From contig JAVECS010000001.1 in NCBI GenBank assembly GCA_051942165.1, positions 1 through 64,000 on the forward strand: a DNA stretch of 64,000 bases. Reading direction: 5' to 3'. This DNA comes from Circinaria calcarea (lineage: Eukaryota). A program made the translations under genes and the position numbers. Numbering within the stretch: the stretch's first letter is position 1; each line of letters opens with the position of its first letter. Of the stretch, positions 23,901 through 38,500 are shown piece after piece. The notes under the pieces are model-generated. The model worked only from the letters and a program-made list of their open reading frames with translations, did not search any database and was not told where the DNA came from.

Positions 23901-26900
23901 TATGTCCATAGCCTGGCCGTGCCAGTGCTTAATCACGGCGTGCTTGTCCTTAAGAGGGAGAATACGCATATGAAACCAGCGATATTGTCCATCGAACCTT
24001 CGCAAGCGAACTTGATGAGAGACCTGTTCTCCTGTTTCGAGGGCTTTCTTCCACAGTCTTCGAAAGGACTTTTGGTCTTTGTAATGCATGTTGTTCCAAG
24101 GGTCCCGGTGGATCTCTTCAGCAGACTGGCTGCGGTAGGACTGGAATCTAGAGTTTGCCCAGACAATGGCACCTTTGACGCATTCAGCGATGAACTGCTG
24201 TGTGGATCCATTATCAATCATCAGTCTCAGCATAGCAGGGGTAGGATCTTTGAAGATATAGTTTACTTCCTGCGGCGGTCTCGGCTCGCCTGGTTGTTGC
24301 TTCGGTGGGGAAATAATTGTCGTAGCATGAGGTAAAGAAGGATTTGTAGCGCTAAAATCAGCTCCATGCGAGTGTATCTGCCTGTGTTTTCGCTCAGCGG
24401 TTTGCGCCGCGTGAGTCAATGCATGTTGCATGGCAGGTCGTCGAGGTGATCTCGACTGCTCAGTGCCTTTGCGTGAAGAAATTTTATCGGCTGCTACGGA
24501 ACCCTCTGTGGCTGACTGATCAGGGTATCCTGGTGCAAACAGGCCACTCAAGTTGCGGCGAGGTTGGGTAACATTGTCACTCTTCAAATTAGGGTCCCCC
24601 TCTAGATTTCCCTTACTGCTGCTCTCTGTTGTGTTTGTTTTTCCGGCCCCTGAGTGTCGATTGGCCCTACTACGCTCTACCTCTACCTGCGACCCCTGTA
24701 TGACCGTGAGGGTAGAGTCTCCTGGTGGGATCGGCCGCCGGAAATACGGATTATGCTGTTCAGGTTCCACATAAGTGGGTGACTGACGGCTTCTTCCTGT
24801 GTCATGCTGGGGCTTCATCAAAAAGTAGCTATCGGAAGTGCTCAGGGGAGACTCCGACGAGATATTCGGTGAGTTGCCTGAATATTCCCCAGACTGTGAT
24901 CGACCATCTTGATTGATCCAACTTGGAGTAACGGGTACCGATCCTCCGCCAAAGGAATCACGAGGACTATGTATCGATATGCCCGAATACTCGGTACTAA
25001 AACTACCTGACGTAGGTGGTGAGAAGCCATTCTCATTGTTTTCGATGAAGGCAAGCCCAGAGCTTCGAGCTACCTGGCGTGGGCTGGGATATCCTGGCCT
25101 TGTGCGATGACCTTGCCGTTGACGGGATAGACCATTGATCTCATTCTGAAGATTGGAATGATGCCGTGCATTGTAAAACGAAGTAGCTAAAAGGGGAATT
25201 AGAAGGTTAAGGGAGCTGGTAAGCTCTGCCGGATACGGAACCACAGGTGACAGCATTGACAGGATTGCAATGGGTAATCGCTTTCCACTCTCGGATGGAG
25301 CCAATGAGCGAAAAGGGTGTTTATCTTTCGATGAGATATATTTCCCTTTCTGTTTTATGGTATCAAGACGGGGCGGATGCTTAAGATGAGACATAGTCGG
25401 ATGTACGAGAGGAATATGTAAAACAGAATTAGCTCGGTCGATGCCAATAGCTGGGATAGTATATTCAGCTGTATAATCATGTGCAGGTGGGTCTTCTGCA
25501 AAAGCGTTCTCGTCAACTGTAGCATCAACGAAAAACGGGTTACTGTCCGGATCAGCTTGAACAGCTGGCGAAGGTGCTGGACTCTGCGACCATGGTGAGG
25601 CTGGCACCTGCTCGTAATCCTCATACGCAATATCTCCGGATGGTTTAGGTCGAGCGGCCTCGATTGTGGTACGAGACGTTGAAGAACTATGAGAGCTTCC
25701 GCTAGTCGGACTTCGTGGCAAGTTTATAGGCCTGAAATCTCCTGTTGGTCCTTTTGATGTTTTCTCTCCTTGACGCGTACTGGAAGACACCTGTTCTTCC
25801 AGGGTTGTCCAATTACGCCTACTCACATGATTCTTGTTCCTTCCTTCAGCCATCCGTTGCTCGATCGATTGAGACTCATCTACATATTCTCTTGTCAGCA
25901 AGACAGTATCAGTCCTGTCGAGTAACTTGATTACGCCTGCAGTCGTGAGTAGTGGATCTGCTTCAGATTCGAGCGGCTGCACCACATTCAGGACCCGTCC
26001 GGATGTTGGTTGACTTGGTGCATATACATCGTCGTTCATTGGAGATTTAAGTGCTTCGGTTACCTCGTGGCGTCTTAATGACTCTGCACTAAGTTCGACA
26101 TTTCTATGTATTGCCTCTGCTGCTGGACGTCCACCACGTAAGGATGAATGACTACCCGTCCTTGTGGTGGGAGGTCTACGTATGGTATCTGTTGGCTTAT
26201 GACACCCTTCGGAATTTCCATTACGAGCCGTCTGGGGGTAGCCCGCGAATGAATGTCTCGATTCAAGCCCGGGACGGCTCGCAGATATAACTTTGCCAAC
26301 AGGGGTCACGCTCCTCGCTTGTACTGGGTTTGATTGTCTTTCGCCGTTATTTTCTCCGTTCGCTCCATTTTGACTGTTTGCTTCGATTAAGCTGCTGTGC
26401 GTACTCATTCTCTCGTTTACTACCTTAGATAAGGGGTCTTCTTCTTGAGAGTTGTACGTTGCCATCTGTGCCCATGGCACATTCTCCATATCTGTACTGT
26501 CCGATGGGACAGCTAAAGTGATTCTTTCTGCCTCGAAACCTTCCTTGAGTACCTGGGTCAACTGCGTCCACCAGTACTCTAGGCCTGGTTCGGACGTTAA
26601 TCGAAGCATTATATCATAGATATTTGGCTTCGTGTCCATTGCAAAGTTACCGGCTCTTGAGTCCCCCTGGGGTGCGAAGGGAAGCATATAAGGCGCCAAG
26701 TGCCCAGATGCTACAAAGTCTCGTGATATTTGTCCCTTGAACCTCTTCGCGGAAGGGGGTTCTACCGTGGGTGATAGCGCCGTAAAAGGCTTATGAAATG
26801 AGGGTGTGCCTAGAGGTGTTCCGGACATTGTTGCCATAGACGGGAAGGGGTATGAAGGTGTTAATGGCGGCAAGGCTCCTGGTGTCCGAGGTAGACCACT

Positions 26901-27392
26901 TCCTTTGATGGTGCGATTGGACTCTGTCGATACCGTCTGAGCTCCGCTAGGGAGAGGGCTGATCCCGGAGCCGTCGTTACGCGGCGAGACAGTCTCCTCC
27001 CGTATGGGGGAAAATCCATCCATCGAAGACGCCTTGAATCCGTCTGATTGGTCGAGGACGGTGGCCCCTGCCGATACTCGTTTCGCCGAGAGCGCGCTCA
27101 TTTGCCTTCGCAGATCTTGCACCTTGGTGGATGGAGCTCGACTGTTGGCGTTTTCGGTGAGACCGCGGTCTTGCGAGGCATCTGGGAATGAGCCAGGTGA
27201 TCTGCCACCTTCGAACTCGCTCCCTGACAGCTTCGAACCGGTATTCTCCCTTGCTAGGTCCGCATGGATTGACAGGCGCGGACGTGGTGAAAGTGAGGGT
27301 CTGTTTCTGGGCGTCTTGGAGGTATCTGATGATTGTGAGCGGGTTGAAGTGGTCAAGGCAGAGAGTGGATGGGGCGTCTGTCTGGGCAACAT
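20958..27392 (-). CDS. Hybrid sensor histidine kinase with PAS/PAC domains (PhkB/HHK2-like)
   Basis: Exons 27392-21504, 21448-21332, 21242-20958. Two PAS/PAC regions (RLRRFDGQYRWF; RLRSKSNEYRWHL), H-box SHEIRTPLNG, N-box NLVGNAIKFT, G-boxes DTGSG/GTGLGL, receiver VEDN...CDIEMPIKDG...KP. Confidence 0.93.
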
Positions 27393-28619
27393 TGTAAGTG
27401 GTATAGTGCTGTTGTCCCTATCCTTTGCATCCTTCTCTTCCCTTGTCCCCTTCTATGTACGAGCGCGATGTCCAACAACCACCACAAAAGCTGCGAACCG
27501 AAGTCCCAGCGATGATGGTAAGACCAAACCGCCTGCGGATGATTTCCTAAGGGTTCTTCTTTGCAAGGGTTATTTTGGTAACCGAGAATGACGTATGGTA
27601 CGACCCGTTGGAAGGCGCTCTCTGCGGGTCATCTTCGGCGGTTTGGAGGATGGCTACACAGTAAGCAGCAGGCTCAGTTACTCATCTCAGGTACGGTACA
27701 TACCGTCACGACCAAAAACGACTGCTGTCCATCTGCAGCCAGAACCGTCCCCTCTCCTCGGGCTCAGATCATGCGCCTACGGATTCTACCGCTGGCCTGA
27801 GACGTGGGATAACGCTGCGAATAATGGGAAAGGGGCGTCTATCGGGATTGTGGCTGGGTTCTACTCACGCTCAGAGTAAAGGTGTGCTGGTGGCTACCGC
27901 ACCTATAGCCGGTAGAGTTTTGGTATAGTTTGCAAGATTACTGTTTTCTCTATGGCCATCATAACCGAGCTACCCTTTCACCATTCCGACATCTTGAAGC
28001 ACTCATTCATAGTCTCCCACACTGTCTCGCCAGCGACATGAGCTCGAAAACTATCCGACTGTCCCCTATCCTCTATCCGGCCGTCCTTGCAACGGCGCTA
28101 TGAATTCCAGTTTGGAACGGGCAGTGGGGATATTGAAGGCTAATGACTCGGTCGCGTCTAATGTGGGGCGATGGGCACTCTGCCATGAAACCGGGGGATC
28201 GACGGGAAGTCCGGGCATCTTTTGCCGTGTTGCCGTTGAGGCTCTGCGTTCAAGAAAGGACGCTAATCGTTAAGATCGCAAGGGGTAAGAAAAGGGTCCA
28301 CATCAAAATACGCCAGGGTCGATCGAGTCCTCATTTGCAGTCACCAGCACGTGGAGCGTTTCTTCGGTTGTGCCAGAATACAGAGTATCAAAGATCCTCT
28401 GCTGCGTACCGCCATGCATCTTGTCCACCATGCTTATGCTTATTCAACACCATGCCCAAATCGCGACTTCACCCCTAAACGCTCGCTAAACAAATGCGAT
28501 CCGGAGAAGAAACAAAACTTTGGGCTATCCAGGTCTTGGCATCTCTCCCTTCTGGTTGCAACTCCATATACCGTGAACCCGTTCCCCAATAAACCCTCGA
28601 GCCATCGTTCTCAATCCTT

Positions 28620-29918
28620 CTAGTCGATAGAGATTGGAGGCATGGTTTCGATTTGCCGTATCAGAAAACTTTTCTCGTCCGTGAACTGATCATCATCGGT
28701 CCGGTCCTCCAAGAACTTAGGTAGGAAATCGAGTAGTCTTTCCCGATTGTTTAGTAGGATCCGTTGCACCGCAACGGATTTGTTTGGGTTCGCGACAAAA
28801 ACCTGGGAACGTTAAGCAATAGTCACCCATACCGCTGAAATCCAACTATACTTTGAAAACGTGGAAACCTTCATACTTCACCATCTTCCGATCGTCCTTC
28901 AGTAGATTCATACATAACTTCAGGTGCTCCCCACGATCGACGTATGCCGTCATGACGTTATAGTTTGCTCGATCCAACAATATCTCGCCTAGCAGCTTGA
29001 TAGACTGGCGTTTCGTAACGTAGGAGCTCGACTTTATCAAAATCTCGTTGTATCTCGAGAAGAAGAGCCCGAAGTTCGTTGTTAGATAGCTAGACACGAG
29101 CGGCTTGTGTTTGGTGAGGATTTCCTATGCCTTTTATAAGTGCCATTGACCCTGGCAGTCCATGGCTTACAGAGCTTACCCGGAATGTCGTGAAGGCATC
29201 TGTGCTAACTTCGAAAGCTCCCCTGTCAATCCAAGAGAAGAAGTTCCAGAAAACACCCTCCCCAGTCTGCTCTGCTTCAAAGTCGATGTCATCCATCTTG
29301 GTAGCACTCTCATTCTGGCCGGAGTGATCATAGAGAATGATTGCTGCGACGGATTCATGCTTTAGAGCTTCCCTTAAGACGATACCGCATGGCATTGCGC
29401 TTTCTCTATGTTCATACCCTCGACAAAGTTCGACAATAACCTCTGGCCTTGTGTCAACAATATATGCTACGGCCGGTGGCTCTGACGCGGTACTGTTAGC
29501 CGGCTTGAAGCGAAGGACGTATGAGAAGATGGCTTGGGTATCCTTCCGTGTTTCGAACGGGAGGAGATGTATGCTGCGAGCTAGAAAATGCAGAAGGTCT
29601 TCCTGAATGATTGAAGTGACGAGCTGGGCGACTTGCTCGGGACTGCTCTCAGTTTCTGCCAAAGGCGATGAGTTTTGCTCAGCTTACCCTGGGCAAGATA
29701 TTACCTTGCGTCCCTTGTAAAACCAGCTTTATTTGAGCTAGCAATTTCGCAATCTCCTCTTCGCTCTGCCACAGAATGTTAGAAATGAGTAATGGCAAAA
29801 TGGGAATCGTAAAATGCAACACCTTCTGAGAAGGCGGAGTCTCCCATATCCGTGGTAGCAACTCCTTTGCTGATTTCGCCAGGTCAGGCCTGGTTCTGTT
29901 CCGGAAGAAGAATGCCAT
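28620..29918 (-). CDS. hymA: MO25-family conidiophore/polarity scaffold protein HymA/Hym1
   Basis: Five exons. Motifs LPFETRKDTQAIFS, FEVSTDAFTTFREIL, YVTKRQSIKLLGEILLDRANY, YEGFHVFKVFVANPNK, DDDQFTDEKSFLIRQI. Confidence 0.95.
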
Positions 29919-30132
29919 AGAGTCTAGGAGATTGAATCAGACCACGACAGACTGGCAGAAGAAAATACTGAAGAGCTGTGAACTATGGTTACTGCCTCAT
30001 CGTCTTTCCCGTAGGATGAAGCATGTATAATGCATAAGCGCTCCTGACGGGAGTCAGTGCAAAGAGTCTTCTAGACACCAAGAGCCAGCGTGCCTATGTT
30101 CTGGTAGCAAAAGCTTGTTCCTGCAGCTTCAG

Positions 30133-30228
30133 GTCTTCCGTGGTTCAATCGAGTTTCGACCTCTTTTAGGTCAACACACAGAGGATCTACTTCGTAGCAC
30201 AGGCGTAGATTAGGGAACCACGGAAGAC
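30133..30228. other. Multi-branched foldback element closed by a perfect 14-bp inverted repeat
   Basis: GTCTTCCGTGGTTC (30133-30146) pairs with GAACCACGGAAGAC (30215-30228). Internal hairpins GACCT/AGGTC (30158-30172) and ATCTAC/GTAGAT (30185-30210). Confidence 0.7.
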
Positions 30229-30460
30229 GGCATCTAACCTCCGGCATTACCCCTAGTCAAAAGCCCAAGCCATTATCCTACGCCCTGTAAGGCGTAGCGA
30301 GCATATAGTTAGATGTCACCGCACATCAAAGTAGACAATTGATTGTATAGGTTACTTAAGTACAACTCACGACGACCACAAGGGAGAGGAGAGTTTAGAA
30401 AGAGCTTGGAATTCTTGCAGTCATATATGAGAAGATATTGTGTCAAAGAAAGAAAACAAA

Positions 30461-32305
<1,845 letters not shown>

Positions 32306-32546
32306 GAGGGAGGAAAGGGCCTGCAGCTTTGCTGTTAGGAGGTCAAGGAGATATGCTTCATTTCACACCTCCTTCATATGAGCTAGGGTAGCCAGAATAA
32401 AATACAGCTGCTTTCACATGATAAACCTTTACATTTGGAGTAAACTGTTGTCTTATGCCGTTATCTTAGCGGGTCATCTGCCATCTGCCGGGTGACGCTT
32501 CGCTTATTTAAGATTACTGCCGAATAACGTGCTCGCATGGGTCACG

Positions 32547-35145
32547 ATGTCGCCATGGGAAGAGCTTTCCGGCTCTCTGACCTCCAGGCCAGTATGCCTT
32601 CCTTTCCGTCCCAAAACCCGTTATGAATAAAGTTTGAGGCCACTTGCTGATACTCTGGTTTCTGGACGTAGGGTATGGCGCCTGATAGGGGCTCCCACAT
32701 ACAGAAGGGCGATCCTAGGTACCAGGCCATCACTGCTGAAGACTCCATTGATAAGGAAGATACAGATGAGGAATCCTCGGAGTTCGGCGATGATGTACCT
32801 ATAATTCCTCCGGATAGCCAAGATCCTCGAGGTGGGAGTGAGACTCGCCAGTTCCTTGCCGGCGATGCGGACGAAGCGCAGAACTTTACATTTCGCGGAG
32901 TTCTTGTCGGGCTTGCAATTGGGGTTATTATATGCTTCTCGAATACCTATTTTGGCCTACAGACAGGATGGGTCAGCGGGATGGCCATGCCGGCGGCGCT
33001 AATCGGATTCGCCTTTTTCAAGACAATATCGAGGCATATCGGCTATCCGTTCACACCGGTGGAAAATGTCTTGGTCCAAACAGTGGCCGGGGCTGTGGGT
33101 ACCATGCCCCTGGGATGCGGATTCGTAGGGGTACTTCCGGCCCTCAACTATATGCTTACTCCAGATGAGAACGGGCCTCTGATGCTGGGGACCGGCAAAC
33201 TTATTATATGGTCTCTTGGTATAGCTTTCTTCGGGGTCTTCATAGCCGTACCGTTGCGTAAAGAGGTCATCATACGGGAAAAGTTGAAGTTCCCGAGCGG
33301 GACCGCAACAGCCTTGATGATTGGAGTACTTCATGCGGGAACAGATAAGAACGGAACCAAGGGTGAGAATTCCATGGAGACGTTTCGACGGCGGAGTGAA
33401 GACATGTTACAGCCTCCTAGGTCTTCAGAGGGACAAGATACTATGGATGGATACACTGGAAGCATGTCAGAAGGACAGGGAATAGACCGTAGGGATGATT
33501 GGAAGGCGAAGATACGTTTGCTTGTGATAGCATTCATGGTATCTGCAATTTATGTATGGCCGCATATTTTCCGAGACCTGAGATGAATATACTGATTTGT
33601 ATAGACTCTTGTATCATATTTCATGCCCCAACTGCATCATGTCCCGATTCTGGGACTGACACTGGCAAATCAGTGGCTCTGGACGCTGAACCCATCACCG
33701 GCCTACGTAGGGCAAGGGATCATCATGGGACCTGCTACGACACTCCATATGCTGCTTGGTGCCGTCGTGGGATGGGGTATACTTTCCCCTCTGGCTAAGA
33801 GGAACGGATGGGCACCAGGTCCTGTCGAAGATTGGGGTACGGGTAGCAAAGGCTGGATTGTATGGATTAGCTTAGCCATCATGCTGGCAGATTCAGTTGT
33901 CAGTCTTGGCTGGCTGCTTCTCCGTCCGCTGATACGTCACGCTCCTCAGTACCTTGGTGAGCTGCGAGAACGAGTAAAGCGGGGGAGATTTCCGAGGATA
34001 CTTCACTTCGTATCTTCCAAAGGCAACTATGCTCCTCTGGACAACTCCGCCTCAGACACCGCAGATGCTGAGATATCCAACTCCGCTCAACATAACATTA
34101 CTCGCATTACCTCGGCTCCTAAGGCTTCACACGAACCTCCCAAAGATAAAGAACCCACCATTTCCGAACCCGACGCCCCACCTGAACACCTTATCAGCAA
34201 CCGCGTTGCCCTAATCGGCTTCGTAGCATCCATAATCCTCTGCACCGCCTGTATCCACATCGTCTTCGGCTCCCTCATCCCCCTCCACGCAACCCTAATC
34301 GCCATCCTCCTCGCGCTCCTCCTCTCCGTCATGGGTGTCCGCGCCCTGGGGGAAACCGACCTCAACCCTGTCTCCGGCATCTCCAAACTCACCCAACTCT
34401 GCTTCGCCCTCATCATCCCGGCCTCGAACAAAAACTCCGTCATCATCAACCTCCTCGCCGGCGCCATCTCCGAATCCGGCGCCCTGCAGGCGGGCGACAT
34501 GATGCAGGATCTCAAAACGGGCCATCTCCTCGGTGCGGCGCCGAAAGCGCAGTTTTACGGCCAGCTGATTGGGAGCTTTGTCGGCGCGATTGTCAGCGCG
34601 GCGGTCTACCAGCTTTACACCAGTGTCTATGAGATCCCAGGGGGCATGTTCCAGGTCCCGACGGGTTACGTATGGGTGTTCACCGCGAGGTTGGTGACAG
34701 GCAAGGGGTTGCCGGATATGGCGTGGCAGTGGGCGTTGGGGGCGGGGTCGATCTTTGCTGTATTAACGGTAGCGAGGATCGCAGGGCACGGGAGACAGTG
34801 GCAGGCTTGGATTCCGGGCGGGATCGCCGTGGCGGTGGGTAAGTGCTCCCCTCCTATGTTTCCCCTTTCCCTTTTTTCCTGTTTTTCCCCTTTTTACAAC
34901 TACCGAAGAACAATTCAACTGACTGTCGGCTTTCTTTTTTTTGTTGGGAGCATATAGGCATGTACAACGTCCCCTCCTTCACCCTCGCCCGCACCATCGG
35001 CGGCCTCGGAAATTGGTACTGGCGCTCGTACCACAAGAGAGAGGAAGCTCCCGTTATTGTACTGGCGAGCGGCTTGATTCTAGGCGAGGGGGTGGTGAGT
35101 ATTGTTAATTTGCTGCTGGCGAGCTTGAAGGTGCCGCATTTGTGA
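32547..35145 (+). CDS. OPT-superfamily oligopeptide / metal-chelate transporter (YSL/YGL114W-like clade)
   Basis: ORFs 32675-33586, 33623-34957 and 34843-35145 join via GT-AG introns. Motifs YFGLQTGW, ENVLVQT, LKFPSGTATA, GETDLNPVSGISK, MQDLKTGHLLGAAP. A possible extra first exon 32547-32591 splices in frame to 32672; otherwise the start is 32675. Confidence 0.9.
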
Positions 35146-35593
35146 TTTTTTTTTCGGGCGTGGGGATGGTTGGGGTTGGAGTTTCTGGAGGAGTACACGG
35201 ATGGGTGTCTCTGGTTTACGTGTCAATCGGACGTTTTCTATAGATTAGGGAGTCTAGGGCACGGGAATGGAAATGGAAATGAGGTTGTACGTATTGATTT
35301 AGATGGAGACTGAACTTGGCTGCTCCGATCAATAAGAAGGCAGATATTACGAATTAATAGGTATTGATTGCTACGTCAAAACAAGCTAGGTATTCCTGCC
35401 CTCACTCTCCCTCTCTCTGGGACGATTTACGCACCTAGTAGCTGTCCGATCAAGAACACCAGATATTACAGCCTTATCAAACCAGATAATACCATTCGAC
35501 ACGAAGATGTACCATCTCTTCCCCCTCGAGTTCTATTGAAAAAAATCTCAGCCACACCGCACCCCCCTACCAATCCCAAACCTCCGCACCATC

Positions 35594-38500
35594 TCAAAAC
35601 CCAAAACTATCAAGCAAAGAACTCGCATCCGGTTCTTCAAAAACCTTTGCCGGCGGCGGCTTCTTTCCCTTGCCTGCTCCCATCGGAGGCGATTTCGGGC
35701 TTGGAAGATCGTCCACGACGAGGCTGCTGCGTCTGCGAAGGAGTTTTCGGGGATCGGGGATTGAGTCCGCAGCCGCTGTGGCTTGGAGAGGCAAAGTCTT
35801 GAAGGGGGAAGGGTATTTGAGAAACTCCCAGTTGCGGACTTTGGTAGGATATTAGTCAAGTTAGGCCGGTAGACCTTGGAAGGCGAAGGATTCGGAGGGA
35901 AAGGGGGGACTGCATACCTAAATCCAAGGCAAGGAGATCACAGCCCATTCGATCGTATAAGCGCGCGGTCTGCAAGACGAACTTCCACTCTTCCTGCGGG
36001 GAGATCTGGGTTGCGCCTTTGAGCGTTAGGAGGGTCTTGTCTCGGAGTTGCCTGTAGAGGACTACCAGGGCTGGGTCGGTGGAGAGGTAAGACTTTGCTT
36101 GCTTTGTTGGGGTTAGGGGTCTGTTAAGGAGGGTAGCGATGGGCGACTGTTATTTTTCCTGTCAACGTCGATTGCGTTGGGGAGATATGAGATTGTAACG
36201 AACTTACGATTAGCGCCCGGACAGCTAAATCACGTCTGCCGAGCATCCAGAAGGCCCAGGTCGCGAGCCAGCGGTTGCCTTCGACTGCGGCCAATGGGAG
36301 GACCTTGTCTTCGAGAAGTTCGCGCAGCACGATCCCGTCATCGCCTTCGTATACTCGAGCAACGGCAATGGCGAGTTGCATGTCCTGGAGCTGAGAGGCA
36401 CATACGTTGACTGCATCTCGTAGGTTGCCGGCAAGTAGAAAGAATGCAGCAGCATAGTCTGAATCATTTTTAGTCGGCGTTCGATAAGGCGCACTCTTTG
36501 AGCTTAAAACTTACCGAATCGTCGTTTACCCAACAGAGCATATGCGTTCTTGAGAGCTGCTGTTTTCCATCTCGGGTCTGCAAAATTATTTGATAATAGC
36601 TTTTGGGTCGAGGACTGTTCCCGATTCCAGGCAGCCATCCTCCACAGGCCGAGAAGGACGTTCTTCTTCTTAAGTGCCATGTAATAGAGACTACAATCGA
36701 CTGGATTCTTCTCATCTGTCTTCGTATACTCATTCCGCGCTATAACCTCGAATTGTGCCCTCTAATATACATTAGCAGGCTGTTCTCAACCATCAAACCA
36801 ATTACCTACAAGGGCTGAGACATCTGTCATCCACATGAACATCCCACTTTCTCTTGCGTGCTTCCACAGCATCCGTCCTTGAAAGTGCCTCGAGACCAGA
36901 TCCACAAGAATATCCTGACTTTCACTATGTATGGCCCATGCGATTTCTCTCCATGTTATACCTGGCTGCCCATAGGACGTCTGCTTCTGTCGAAGCATAT
37001 CCTGTCTGAAAAACAAAAGATAACGCATGGCATTCTCGTCTAGAGATCGACGGTGCTTTTCGCCGACACCCAGGCATTCGACAATGTCCGCCAGGTGGAT
37101 CTGCTCTCGGCTTGAGATGTAAGGGACGGGTAATTTTGCTAGTTTCTGATTGAGCTCAGTAGCTAACGCCTCATTCACAACACGCGGCTCGTCGTCTAGT
37201 GAGAAGTCCGCAAATGAAGACTGCATCTCCTTTGCGTTGGCGAATGAAACATCCTGTGGAGATCAGCATGGGTCATATCCACGTTCGTTTCAACCTACTT
37301 CTTGCTCCATGATATAGTCCTCAGGTGACAGCGTCAAATAGCTGTCCAGATCATCACCGTTATTGAAAAACTTGAGAATTTTGTTGAGACTGATAATGGT
37401 CCGTTGAACTTGAGACATTTTACCTGCCAGGATACATTGAGAGAGGAACTGCGGATGATAGACTGGTAGTGGTCCATTCAGGAGGGCGACGAGGTCGAAG
37501 ATGTCTACAAAAGCATGCTTGTGAACTGGAATGGAAAGGTCACTTATTAGATCATCTGCAGTTGCAATGGCCTTATCATATACAAAGAGCTGGTTTCCAG
37601 CTCCAATGACGAGATTGCCACTTCCTAACCATGTGCTGTCTCCGATCGGGAAAGGGGTCGAATTCCGAATGTCGATCTCCCTGATCGCAGTCCACGCAGG
37701 GCCCTTGTCAATATAATCATATCTCATTTGTGTATATATGACAACCCGATGAGAAAACCCCACGGCTAGAATAGACTGGGCGTCTGGCGTTGACGACCAG
37801 TCAAGATCACCAATCAAATCTTGCGTGGTGAATTGCTGATCGTGTTCCAATTGTCCACTTCTAGAGTCCCATATTGTAAGGCCGTTTCGCTGCGCATTAA
37901 CCAATGCTATTTTTCGAATAGAACTGCCACTTGCAAGCGAAGGATTGTCGATACCAGTGACCACAGTCGATGTCACCAGCCATTCCACACGTTTCGAATT
38001 GGTATCGACTCTGGCTGTCCAAGTGCGGAGTACACCACTGTATGTATAGGATAGTGCAATGTCTGATGCAAAAATATCAAGAAAGCCGGGCGGACTCAAC
38101 GTGGACCCTGCGGGATCAATAGGCAGTACAAAAACTAGGTCTTCTTCCAAACCCAGATCAAAGGAACCATATTCACGTATACCAGAGCTGGTTGGACCCG
38201 CCAACGATGAAGGATGCCTTATAGGCTGTGGTACCTGAAGTTCCCACACGATGCCCTTCAGGGTGGAACTCATTGTAGCCACATACTTCAAGCCGGGTGT
38301 TGATACAGGCACTGGAAGCTGTAGTAGGCACAACGGTTTGCCGTGTATTTGATATGTACACGATGCTGCTTCCTCTGATATAGCATTTTGAACATTCCAC
38401 AAAGATATACTCTGACCATGTAGATTAACCACGAAATCACTGTTATCGAGCACACATGTCCGGTGTATGTGTTCTGACATCTTGAAAGAGCTACACCGGA

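Noticed and set aside
27004..28623. Several 70-195 aa + strand ORFs upstream of or overlapping the PhkB-like kinase
   Set aside because: Antisense or UTR/promoter frames with no recognisable motif or consistent splice model.
30133..30228. Hammerhead ribozyme call for the foldback element
   Set aside because: GAAAC follows a hairpin, but the CUGANGA core and the stem III/NUH pairing are missing. Kept only as an unclassified structure.
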